A stretch of 64,000 nt of DNA from a virus (Duplodnaviria; Caudoviricetes). The stretch is from the IMG/VR virus record IMGVR_UViG_2546826724_000006, positions 1 to 64,000 of that record. One strand, written 5' to 3'. The position numbers were made by a program, and so were the translations under genes. Below are positions 37,304 to 46,578 of this stretch, piece after piece (position 1 is the stretch's first letter; each line of letters opens with the position of its first letter). The notes under the pieces are model-generated. The model searched no databases and was not told the origin of the DNA. It worked only from the letters and a program-made list of their open reading frames with translations.

Positions 37304-37978
37304 ATGGCGACCGGATCCTTCGTCACCTACGCGCGAGTTTCGACGGCGAAGCAGGGCCGCTCCGGTCTCGGCCTCGACGCTCAGCGCGCCGCTGTCACGG
37401 CCTATCTGAACGGCGGCAAGTGGAGCGTCGTCGGCGAGTTCGTGGAGATCGAGAGCGGCAAGCGCGCCGACCGTCCCGAACTGGCGAAGGCCATCGCCGC
37501 TTGCCGGCTGTACGGCGCCAAGCTCGTTGTTGCGAAGCTCGACCGGCTCAGCCGCGATCCCGGCTTCCTGCGGGACCTTGAGCGCAGCGGTATCGACTTC
37601 GTTGCGGCCGACATGCCCGACGCCAACCGGCTGACGGTAGGCGTGATGGCCCTTGTCGCCGAGCAAGAGCGGGAAGCCATCTCGGCCCGCACCAAGGCTG
37701 CCCTACAGGCTGCCAAGGCCCGCGGGACCAAGCTCGGGGGCTTCCGGGGCTACACCCTCACCGAAGCCGACCACGCCGCCGCCAAGGCTGGCAGGGAGGC
37801 TCGCACACAGGTCCAGGCCGACCGCATCGGGGCGACCGTGGCCGAGATCAGGGCCGCCGGCATCACGTCGGCCAATGGCATCGCCAAGGCTCTCAACGAA
37901 CGCGGCATCCCGACTGCTAAGGGCGGTCAGTGGCAGGCCGTACAGGTCCAGCGGGTGCTGTCCCGCCTGGAAGCATAG
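37304..37978 (+). CDS. Serine recombinase (resolvase family)
   Basis: YARVST..Q, ESGK...RPEL, AKLDRLSR, EREAISARTK. Confidence 0.92.
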   Translation: MATGSFVTYARVSTAKQGRSGLGLDAQRAAVTAYLNGGKWSVVGEFVEIESGKRADRPELAKAIAACRLYGAKLVVAKLDRLSRDPGFLRDLERSGIDFVAADMPDANRLTVGVMALVAEQEREAISARTKAALQAAKARGTKLGGFRGYTLTEADHAAAKAGREARTQVQADRIGATVAEIRAAGITSANGIAKALNERGIPTAKGGQWQAVQVQRVLSRLEA

Positions 37979-38018
37979 GGGCATCCATTCCGGGTGCCTC
38001 GACACAGAGGACACCCAC

Positions 38019-38264
38019 ATGGCTCCCACCACCAACTACCAGAACACCATCGGCACGTCGGGCACCTACACGGTCGCCGTCACGCAGCGCGCGGGCACCA
38101 TCAACGAGGAACAACACCTCGGCTACGTCTACGCCGTCACCATCACGTCGGGCGGCGCCACCACCGAAGTCATCACCGTGCCGGCCCTGCCCGAGGGCTG
38201 CGTCCGCGCCAACACCGCTGGCCTCGCTGTCCTGCGCGCCCTCAAGACCGTGCAGGGGAGCTGA
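38019..38264 (+). CDS. Hypothetical protein
   Basis: GAGGA RBS; beta-rich, 81 aa. Confidence 0.55.
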   Translation: MAPTTNYQNTIGTSGTYTVAVTQRAGTINEEQHLGYVYAVTITSGGATTEVITVPALPEGCVRANTAGLAVLRALKTVQGS

Positions 38265-38269
38265 GCGCC

Positions 38270-38554
38270 GTGGGCGCCGTCGTCAGTCTCCACCCTGTCG
38301 TGACGGTCTCGGAGCGGTTCACCCACCTTGAGACCTATGACCGGCTCGGCAGGCACGAACTGATCCTCGCCCGGTCCGAGATCGGCGGCGGCCCCGCACT
38401 GTCGGTGCTGCTACTCCTGAACGAGCCGGACGGCGACGGGTTTGAGATCCTGTCATCCGTCCGCGAGCAACCCGGCGTGCGCGAGGCGCTAGCCATCGTG
38501 GCGCGGGCCGTCTCGCTCGCTGCGCTCCACCTGTTGCCGGACGATCCGCTGTAG
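38270..38554 (+). CDS. Hypothetical protein
   Basis: GTG start just after the previous stop. Confidence 0.4.
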   Translation: MGAVVSLHPVVTVSERFTHLETYDRLGRHELILARSEIGGGPALSVLLLLNEPDGDGFEILSSVREQPGVREALAIVARAVSLAALHLLPDDPL

Positions 38555-38691
38555 CCGGCGAGCCTCGTCAGCATAGCCTCAGATTTGGCCGCTGACGGCC
38601 GCTGACGCTCGACCGCTGTCCTGTAGCCAAAATCCGCCCACGCCAGTCCTGAGCCATCCTAGGCGCAGGGATCGGCATTCTGCGAGCCATC

Positions 38692-39063
38692 ATGCCCAAA
38701 GCACGCGCGGCCGTCTCGCGGTCGGCCATGACGAACGGCCGCCGCCTTCACCTGATCCGCCCGTCCGGTTGGACTGCCGAGGGGCGGCGCTTTCAAGACC
38801 TCGTTGAGGCCCTGACGGAGGAACGCGGCGGCGCTGCGGCCCTCGATGTCGCCCGGCAGGAAGCGATCCGCATGTACGCGCTGCTCAGCGTCGAGCGGAG
38901 CCGGATTGAGGTGGACATGGCCTCCGGCAGGCCCGTGGACGCGGAGCACTACGGGCGACTGTGCGACCGCGCCGACCGTCAGTATCGCCGCATGGGGCCG
39001 CCCCTGCCGCGCACCAAGCAATCGCTTAGGGATCAACTATTGCAAAGAGCAGGTAAGGCATGA
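38692..39063 (+). CDS. terS: Satellite terminase small subunit
   Basis: Helical 123-aa protein coupled (ATGA) to the second terL. Confidence 0.65.
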   Translation: MPKARAAVSRSAMTNGRRLHLIRPSGWTAEGRRFQDLVEALTEERGGAAALDVARQEAIRMYALLSVERSRIEVDMASGRPVDAEHYGRLCDRADRQYRRMGPPLPRTKQSLRDQLLQRAGKA

Positions 39064-40595
39064 AAATCATATGCTCCATGCGAGAAGCATTGGAAGATGA
39101 TAGACTACTTGGCACTGTTCTTCCAGGGGAAAGCTGGCGGAACTGGCGTATTCTTCTGATCGCCAGCCGGGGCGAGCCGCTGACGGCAGAGGAACGGGAG
39201 GTGTTCACCCGCCTGACGACCCGCGAGCGCGAGCCGGAGGAAGCGTGCGACGAAGTTTGGTCCGTAGTCGGGCGCGGTGGCGGCAAGTCGGCGGCCATGA
39301 GCGCGGCGGCTGCGTACTATGCCGGGTGCGTGGACCATACCGGCAAGTTCAAGCCGGGGCAGCGACTGCGCATTCCGGTGATGGCGACGGCGAAAGAGAC
39401 GGCGGCCGAGTGCCTGAACTACCTCAAGGGCATCTTTACCGAGATCGAGTTCTTCGCCGAGCTTGTCGAGTATGAGATGAACGGCCGGAAGCGGAGTGAG
39501 CCCCGCATCACGGAAAGCAAGATCAGCCTCGTCAACTCGGTGGACATCCTCGTCACGGCGGCCAACTTCAAGACGGTGCGCGGCGCGACGCTGATCGCCG
39601 CCTTGTTCGATGAGCTGGCCTTCTGGGCGCTGGACGGGCAGGCCAATCCGGATCGAGAGATCGCCCGCGCGACACGCCCCGGTCTCGGCCGCTACGGCGA
39701 CGGCGTGTTGCTCGTCATGTCCAGCCCCTACGCCAAGAAGGGGCTCTTATTCGAGACGTACAAGAAGCATTTCCGGCCGGACGGCGATCCGCGCGTGCTC
39801 GTCGTCCAGGCGCCGACGCTGGAGATGAACAACAACCCGGATCTGCGCCGGAAGATTGAGCGCGAATATGCCGACGATCCCGAGTCGGCGCGGGCCGAGT
39901 ACGGCGCGGAGTTCCGGGAAGGCGTCTCGGACTTCGTGAGCCGTGAAGTCGTGGATCAGTGTACGGACTTCGGTGTCCGTCAGCGAGAACCTGACCCGAA
40001 CGTCCAGTACACGGCCTTTATCGATCCATCCGGCGGCACCGGCAAGGACAGCATGACGCTTGCTGTTGCGCATCGGGAGAAGGACGGCTCCGTTATTTTG
40101 GACCTCGTTGACGGAGTGAAGCCGCCGTACTCCCCCGATGCCGTCTGCCAGCAGTTCGCCGCGACGCTCAAGCCGTTCCGGATCTACGAAGTCACGGGCG
40201 ACAACTTCGCAGCCGAGTGGCCCAAAGAGCTAATCCGCAAGTACGGCATCACCTACGTTCAGTGTCCGAAACCGAAGGCGGCGCTGTACTCCGAGTTTTT
40301 GCCGGCCCTGAACAGCGGCAAGGTGCGCTTGCTCGAACACGACAAGATGCGCAACGAATTGCTGAACCTTGAGCGCCGGACCAATTTCGGCGGAAAAGAC
40401 AGCATTGACCATCCGGCAAACGGTCACGACGATTACATTAATGCCGTTGCCGGTGTAGTATGGGCGGAGAGCAATGCATCCAAGCCCATCGTCATCTCGC
40501 CAGAGCTTCGAGAACTGGCGAAGACGCCGAACAGACGCACGCAGAGAGACGCCTTCAACTTCGTCATGGGCTACGGCCCCGGCCGACGCTTCTAA
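39060..40595 (+). CDS. terL: Satellite terminase large subunit
   Basis: VGRGGGKS, LFDELAF, MSSPY, FIDPSGG, HDDYINAVAG. Confidence 0.9.
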   Translation: MKIICSMREALEDDRLLGTVLPGESWRNWRILLIASRGEPLTAEEREVFTRLTTREREPEEACDEVWSVVGRGGGKSAAMSAAAAYYAGCVDHTGKFKPGQRLRIPVMATAKETAAECLNYLKGIFTEIEFFAELVEYEMNGRKRSEPRITESKISLVNSVDILVTAANFKTVRGATLIAALFDELAFWALDGQANPDREIARATRPGLGRYGDGVLLVMSSPYAKKGLLFETYKKHFRPDGDPRVLVVQAPTLEMNNNPDLRRKIEREYADDPESARAEYGAEFREGVSDFVSREVVDQCTDFGVRQREPDPNVQYTAFIDPSGGTGKDSMTLAVAHREKDGSVILDLVDGVKPPYSPDAVCQQFAATLKPFRIYEVTGDNFAAEWPKELIRKYGITYVQCPKPKAALYSEFLPALNSGKVRLLEHDKMRNELLNLERRTNFGGKDSIDHPANGHDDYINAVAGVVWAESNASKPIVISPELRELAKTPNRRTQRDAFNFVMGYGPGRRF

Positions 40596-40607
40596 AGGAG
40601 ACGCACA

Positions 40608-41087
40608 ATGGCTTTGATGAAACGCACCCGCGCTACCGCGCTAGACCGCGACCCCCTGGACCGCGATAAGCTCGACAACTTGATGCTGTTCCTGAAGGAC
40701 CGGCTCAGCCCCGACGACTTCGCTAAGTTCACCGACCTGATTGACGATCTGCAGGACGATGCAGAGGCTGCGAACCCCTCTCGTGAGATGGCGACGGACG
40801 CCCTGCCGGCTTCGATCCGCCGCGCGGTCCGCCGCGAGATGCGGAGTGCCCGCCTCCGCCTCTCGGGCGGCTCGTCCCTCGCGCAGGACGCGGCGCGCAT
40901 CAGCTCGTTCGAAGAGCGCTATCCGGGCGCCGCGAGGATTAAGGGCGACCCGATGCCGGGCGCTATGTACACGGCCCGCCGACCGGATCCGGTTCTGTCG
41001 CAGCCTGAGGCCCGCGCAGCGAGGGAAGCGAGCGCGGCTCGCATCTCTGCAATGATGGGCGGCCGCATCATCAAGGACGCTGAGTGA
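40608..41087 (+). CDS. Satellite scaffold-like protein
   Basis: AxD motifs; LSPDD and SFEERYPGAARI match helper scaffold LSPED and SFDERFGTSRI. Confidence 0.65.
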   Translation: MALMKRTRATALDRDPLDRDKLDNLMLFLKDRLSPDDFAKFTDLIDDLQDDAEAANPSREMATDALPASIRRAVRREMRSARLRLSGGSSLAQDAARISSFEERYPGAARIKGDPMPGAMYTARRPDPVLSQPEARAAREASAARISAMMGGRIIKDAE

Positions 41088-41857
41088 TGGTCGGGCCCCG
41101 CCGGCAGGAAGCCGTCATCTCGGCTTCCGAGCCTTCGCTTCGTTCTCCGGAGCGCCAAGCCCTCGCCGAAGCCATCGCCAAGGCTGAGGAGCACAACAAG
41201 GGTCTCGCCGCGTGCCGCGCCGCGATCCAGGCCGCCGAGGGGATGGAGGCGACCGCGGAGGCCGCCCTCCGAGATGCCCAAGCCGAAGTCGAACAGGCTA
41301 AAGCAAGCCGTGCCGCTGAGATCACGGCTGCGGCTGCGGCCGGGCAGTCCGTCCCGTCGAGCGATCGTCAGCGTCTTGCCCGCCAGCGCGAAGTGGAGGC
41401 GCAGGACGAACTAGAGGCCGTGCGATCCTCGCTTGAGGCCGTGCGGGCGCCGCTAAGTGACTGGGAATACTGGGCGCAAAATTGCGCTGAGAAGGTCCGC
41501 AAGGCTGCGGCCGATGTTGCTACTGCTCAGGTCCCGGAAGCGATTGCGGTAGCGCTCAGGGCGATCAAGAACGCCGAGGTTTGCGTCCGCTCGGCCTATG
41601 CGGCGCATAGCGCGGTAACCGATGTCGCGGGCGGCCAGGATCAGGCCATGTCGGCGCGCATCAACGCTCTGCTCAACTTCGTGCCGGGCACCTGGGACTA
41701 TCGCAATCCCAGCCGCGGGGACGGTCCCGAGTGGAACAGGGCTGTCGCAGCCTTGCTGACGGATCCCGACGCGCCCCTGCCGGCCGTGCGCGAGGTAGCG
41801 GACATGGTTCCCGGCGAGCCCGGTCCCGGCATCACCGGCCCGCGGCGCGTCGCCTGA
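41084..41857 (+). CDS. Coiled-coil hypothetical protein
   Basis: Ala/Glu-rich helices; C-terminal W...L.TDPDAPLP. Confidence 0.65.
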   Translation: MMVGPRRQEAVISASEPSLRSPERQALAEAIAKAEEHNKGLAACRAAIQAAEGMEATAEAALRDAQAEVEQAKASRAAEITAAAAAGQSVPSSDRQRLARQREVEAQDELEAVRSSLEAVRAPLSDWEYWAQNCAEKVRKAAADVATAQVPEAIAVALRAIKNAEVCVRSAYAAHSAVTDVAGGQDQAMSARINALLNFVPGTWDYRNPSRGDGPEWNRAVAALLTDPDAPLPAVREVADMVPGEPGPGITGPRRVA

Positions 41858-42078
41858 TCCCGCGCGATCACCGGCCCCTCTGAAGCAGCGGGCGCCGGCC
41901 GCGCGGCTAGTGCGGGGGCTTCTCGGCTTCACCCCGCATGGCGCCAAGCCAGTGAGTGGCGTTCCTCAAGTAACCGCTAGCAGGCGGGGCCGGGCTCATC
42001 CGGTTCGGCGACCCGCTCAAGATCGCCCTCGGCGCAGACCTCCCGCTGTGCCGGGGGCACTTCCTATCGGAGATCCAC

Positions 42079-42768
42079 ATGAGCAGCGGCGCAGGCAATT
42101 CGGGGAACGACGCCCCGGTCGGGCAGATGACTGTCCGCGATCCCAATTCGGAAGTGAACCGCGACTTTTTCCAGTCTCGCCAGCAATTCGGCGAGCGCCG
42201 GTTTCACTTCATGGCGAAGATCGTCAAGGTCAAGAATAAGAATAGCTTAACTCAACCTTGCACCGTCGATATTCAGCCGATCGTGAAGCAACTGGATGGG
42301 AGCGGCAAGGCTACCTCTCACGGGATCATCTACAACGTCCCCGTTCCGAGAAACCAGTCCGGCGATAGTGTGATCGTCAATGACCCAAGTGTCGGAGATG
42401 TAGGCAATTTCTCGATTTTGGACCGTGATCACAAATCAGCCCAAGCCAACGATTGGGCCGAAAGCAATCCTGGCAGCCAGCGCCGCAACAGCATGTCCGA
42501 TGCGGTGTTCCACGGCACGCTTCCGCGCAAGGCGCAGGAAGTGAAGCAGTACGTCCGCATGGACGAGAACGGCGTCGATATCCGGCAGCGTGACGGACAC
42601 ACCTTCGCGATGACCAAGGACGGCTTCAATCTCAACGGCGTGAAGATCGACAAGGACGGCAACTTCACTGCTCCGGGCAAGGTGGTGGCAGGGCAGGGGA
42701 CCGCCGATGAAGTCTCCCTGCAAAGCCATCTGCACGGCAGCGGGCCGGCGCCGACGCCAGGGAGCTAA
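42079..42768 (+). CDS. Baseplate central spike (Gp138/GpV-like), satellite
   Basis: TVDIQPIV, PSVGDVG, RRNSMSDA; C-terminal SLQSHLH metal-binding tip. Confidence 0.85.
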   Translation: MSSGAGNSGNDAPVGQMTVRDPNSEVNRDFFQSRQQFGERRFHFMAKIVKVKNKNSLTQPCTVDIQPIVKQLDGSGKATSHGIIYNVPVPRNQSGDSVIVNDPSVGDVGNFSILDRDHKSAQANDWAESNPGSQRRNSMSDAVFHGTLPRKAQEVKQYVRMDENGVDIRQRDGHTFAMTKDGFNLNGVKIDKDGNFTAPGKVVAGQGTADEVSLQSHLHGSGPAPTPGS

Positions 42769-42771
42769 AGC

Positions 42772-43623
42772 ATGGCCTTCGCCGCGAAGTTCATCAACGT
42801 CACCATAGAGCTGCAAAATCCTGGCTCGCAAGGCGGGGTCAACAAAGCGACCATCAAGAACCATCGTGTCGCCGTTGCCGTCGAACAGAACGGCAGTCCG
42901 GACATGGGCAAGGCCACGTGCAGTATCTATGGCCTTAGCCTCTCGCTAATGAACCAATTAACGCAGCTTCCATTCATGGCAGAGGCTGTCGGCAACAACA
43001 AAATCATGATTGAGGCCGGCGAGGGCAACGGCGTCCCGAAAAAGGTCTACTCGGGGACGATCTTCGCGGCGTTCGCCGACATTCGCGCTCCTATTGGCGC
43101 CTTGCGGGTGGATGCGCTCGGCGGATACTACAATGCCGTCGCTCCGGCGACGCCGACAAGCAAAGAGGGGGACGCGGATGTCGCAACCCTCCTCGGCCAG
43201 ATCGCCAAGCAAGGGCAACTCACCCTCGAAAATAACAACGTGTCGTGCGTCGTGAGAGATCCTTATTTGCCAGGCTCTAATCGCCAGCAAATCAAGCATC
43301 TCGCCGAGTCGGCCGGCATCAATTGGCTAATTGAAGACGATAAGCTCGCGATTTGGCCGAAGAACGGTAGCCGGAATGGCGACGCCGTGAAGGTAAGCAA
43401 GCTGACCGGTATGGTTGGCTATCCGCGCTACACGGCTAGCGGGATTGAAGTCGTCGCGACGTGGAACCCGAACCTGCGATATGGCGGAAGTATTCAGGTC
43501 GAAAGCGAATTAACCCCGGCCTGCGGTACGTGGTACATCGTGAACATTGCGCATGAACTTGAAAGTGAGACGCCGAATGGAAGGTGGTTCACGATCCTTA
43601 CCTGCACGAGATTGAAGACTTAG
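42772..43623 (+). CDS. Baseplate hub protein, satellite
   Basis: IYGLSLSLMNQL, IEAG, TGMVGYP, NPNL..GG.I.VES, HELESETPNGRWFT. Confidence 0.82.
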   Translation: MAFAAKFINVTIELQNPGSQGGVNKATIKNHRVAVAVEQNGSPDMGKATCSIYGLSLSLMNQLTQLPFMAEAVGNNKIMIEAGEGNGVPKKVYSGTIFAAFADIRAPIGALRVDALGGYYNAVAPATPTSKEGDADVATLLGQIAKQGQLTLENNNVSCVVRDPYLPGSNRQQIKHLAESAGINWLIEDDKLAIWPKNGSRNGDAVKVSKLTGMVGYPRYTASGIEVVATWNPNLRYGGSIQVESELTPACGTWYIVNIAHELESETPNGRWFTILTCTRLKT

Positions 43624-43632
43624 AGGTACAAG

Positions 43633-45872
43633 ATGGCTACGGTTCTGGATACTCTTGTCGTACAACTTGGCCTCGACCCTAAGGCTTTCGTCAAGGGTAC
43701 ACAGCAGACCACGGGTGCGCTCGCCAAGACCCGTGAGGGGGCGCTCAAGGAAGGCAAGCAGATCGAGCGCTCGCTGGACAACGCCAGCGAGTCCGTCGAG
43801 CGCCTTGCCCGCAACGCCTTGAAACTGGCAGCGATTTTCACCGGCGGGCGAGCCCTCGGAACATTCATAACCGATATCGGCCGGGCGGACGCCGCTATGG
43901 GCCGGATGGCTGACCGCCTGGGCGTAGCGCCCGAACGGGTCGCGGCCTTCGACAACGCCATCAAGCGGATGGGAGGCTCGGCCGGCGAGGGCGCCGCCGC
44001 CTTCCAGCGCATGTCGGATACCGTCAACGAATTGCGATCGACAGGAAATTCCTCGGCCCTGCCGGCGCTCGCCAAGCTACAGGCCATGTCCGGCCAGCAA
44101 ATCCGGTTGAACGGCGAGACGGAGGAGTCGCTAGGCGACCTCGCCGAAGCCGCCAAGCGGGCCTCTGAGCGCGTCGGCGCCGCGCGGGCCAGCTTTGAGC
44201 TTCGGAGCGCCGGCTATAGCGATGCCGCGATCAATCAGCTTCTCAAGGGCCGTGCCGAGCTACAGAAGGCCCTGGCGCAGTCACAGCGATCCGGCCTCGT
44301 GTCGAAGGCCGACGCCGACGCCGCCCGCGCGCCCTCGGGGCTCAGTATGAGGATCTGTCCGACAAGGTGGCGGACTTCGGCCGGCGGATCAGCACGGCGC
44401 TGACGCCGATCCTCACCGACCTGATGAAGCGGTTCGGCGACTGGATCGACAAGAACAAAGAATGGCTCGCGCAGGACATTGCGACGGAGGTCGGCAAGTT
44501 CGCGACCGAGCTGCGCAAGATCCCCTGGGATGACGTAGCCAAGGGGATCAAGGAGTTCGTCAAGGGCGCGAACGACGGCGCGCAGGCGGTCGGCGGCTGG
44601 ACCCGTGTCGCGGAGATTTTCTTCGGGCTCTGGATCGGCAGTAAGGTGGTGGGGGTTCTCGCCAGCATCGCCGCGATCCGGAACGCCCTCGTCATCGGCG
44701 ACACGTCGTTGCTCGCGGCCATGGCGCGCGTCGGCATTCCGGTCGCAATCGGCGCCGTCGCGATGGGCCACGGTTTCCAGACGCCAGAACAGGCCGCGAA
44801 AGACCCGGATCAGGCTCTGCTTCAGCGCGAGGGTATCGACCGCCGGGCGCGGGTGCGCGGGTGGCTCGGAGACAGGTACGATGACGTGCGGCGGTTTGGG
44901 CGCCGTCTACTCGGCGGCGGTAGCGCGGAGGCCGGCGAGGACGACCGTCACTCCGATGGCATTCGTCGGCGCGGTCGCCGGGCAGCTCAGAATTATGATG
45001 GGAGCGGTGCGACGCCTCCCCGGGGTGATGGTAGCGGCAATGCCCGTGCGGCTCGCACTGCTGACATGATGCGGTATGCGATGGATCAGCTAAAGCGCGA
45101 GGGTGTGCCGGAAGCGCATCTGCGGCAGTCGGCGGCGCACCTCGTCGGACAAGCGACGATGGAGTCGGGACTAGACCCGAACAAGACCCATGATCCCGAT
45201 GCCAGTGGCCGTCCGACCGGCTATGGCATCTATGGCGCGCGACTGGTTCGGCGCGACCGGATGCTGCGCTGGCTGGAAAAGAACGGCTACGCGAAGAACT
45301 CTGCGGAAGGCCAGATGCGGTACATGTCGCATGAAGCCATGAACGATAAGACCTACGCAAGAACCCGCAGCATTCTGATGGGGGGCGGATCCGGTAATAT
45401 CGACGCGGACACCGACACCATCACGAAAAACTTTGAGAGCCCGAAGTTCGTCAACCGTCGTTCCGGTGCCGTTCGGAATGCCCTGCGGACTGGGGCCTCG
45501 CCAGAGCCGCAGCGCGAGAAGGACATTAAGACGATCCAAGACACGGTTTCCGGCGCCCGCAAGCCTGAAGTTCTGGCGGATCCCAAGGACGAACGCCGCA
45601 AGCCGATGGCCTCGCTATTCTACGGCGACACCCCGCCTGGCGTGCAGGCGGGTGCGCGATCCGCAGTCGCGCAACAGCAGAGTGCCCTGGCGGATCGAGC
45701 TGCCGTCACTCAGAACGACAACCGGAGCACAAGCACCTCCACGCAGGAAGCTCACTTCCACGGCGACATGGTGTTTCAGAACGCCGGGGACAGTCGCGAG
45801 ATCGCCAGCAACCTGCGGGCGCGCTTGAAGGAGCCGCAGTTCGTCTCGGCGGCAAATACCGGACAGGCGTAG
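43633..45872 (+). pseudogene. Satellite tape measure protein with tail-lysozyme domain, frameshifted at ~44326-44332
   Basis: Both ORF halves align with helper TMP 61162-63588; removing one GC from CGCGCGC gives a 745-aa ORF. Confidence 0.85.
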
Positions 45873-45876
45873 GCGA

Positions 45877-46182
45877 CTAGCGGGCTCCGAACGTGTCGGG
45901 GAAGCTTTTAAGCACTCTAGCGCAGAGGGCTTTGCGGCCTTCCTCGGCCTCGCGGGCGTCAAAGACCTTGATCCCCGCAGATAGCCCAGCCTCAAGGCTC
46001 GCTTTGGTCATCTGAGTGGCACACTCTCGGGCTTGCTGAATGTAGGCTTCGGGGTAGTGCTCGAACCCGCACTGGAACTGAGCGCGGCTGAGGAAGCCAT
46101 GCGTCTTAAGAAATTTCGGGCAGTCGGCGGCCTGCGCCGAGACGGACGTGGCGATGATCGCGGCGGCGAGGGTGTAGCGCAT
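45877..46182 (-). CDS. Secreted/periplasmic protein convergent on the satellite TMP gene
   Basis: Signal peptide MRYTLAAAIIATSVSAQA; four Cys. Confidence 0.7.
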   Translation of the reverse strand: MRYTLAAAIIATSVSAQAADCPKFLKTHGFLSRAQFQCGFEHYPEAYIQQARECATQMTKASLEAGLSAGIKVFDAREAEEGRKALCARVLKSFPDTFGAR

Positions 46183-46417
46183 CCGGGCAACATATACCCC
46201 CGGTTGAGACTGTCGAGATGACGCGCAGCACGAAACCCCCTGCGCCTTGCCGGGCGAGGGGTGTTCGTGTCATGCTGTGGATGGAGCTTCGCAACTCCCG
46301 AGATGGACCCTTGCCGGGGTTGGCATCTCAGTCCGTGAAAGGCGTGCGCTACGGCTTGCCGGCCGAAGTGTCGCCTCTAAAAACCGCGCTCACACCGTGA
46401 GCCGCGACCGGCTCACT

Positions 46418-46504
46418 ATGCCGGGAGTGCCACGGTTATACAAGAGCCTTCGGGTGAAGGCCGTGGCGCACGTTCTCACGGGCGTGTTGCGAAGCTCCTG
46501 GCGC
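46418..46504 (+). ncRNA. C4/CI-like antisense RNA
   Basis: Cloverleaf-like stems; unpaired TCAC and TTGCGAA complementary to flanking CCGTGA and TTCGCAA sites. Confidence 0.7.
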
Positions 46505-46578
46505 CAGCGCCGACCGCTGGCATGGGTGGACCCCTTCGCAAGGGAAAGCCCCCGGCCTTCGCAAGCCGGTTCTAGACC

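Noticed and set aside
38588-38607. GCCGCTGACG tandem duplication upstream of satellite terS as a pac site
   Set aside because: Only two short copies in GC-rich DNA; unsupported without packaged-end data
46418-46504. tRNA gene
   Set aside because: The cloverleaf lacks the T-loop GTTC and D-loop consensus; complementarity to flanking sites fits a C4-like RNA
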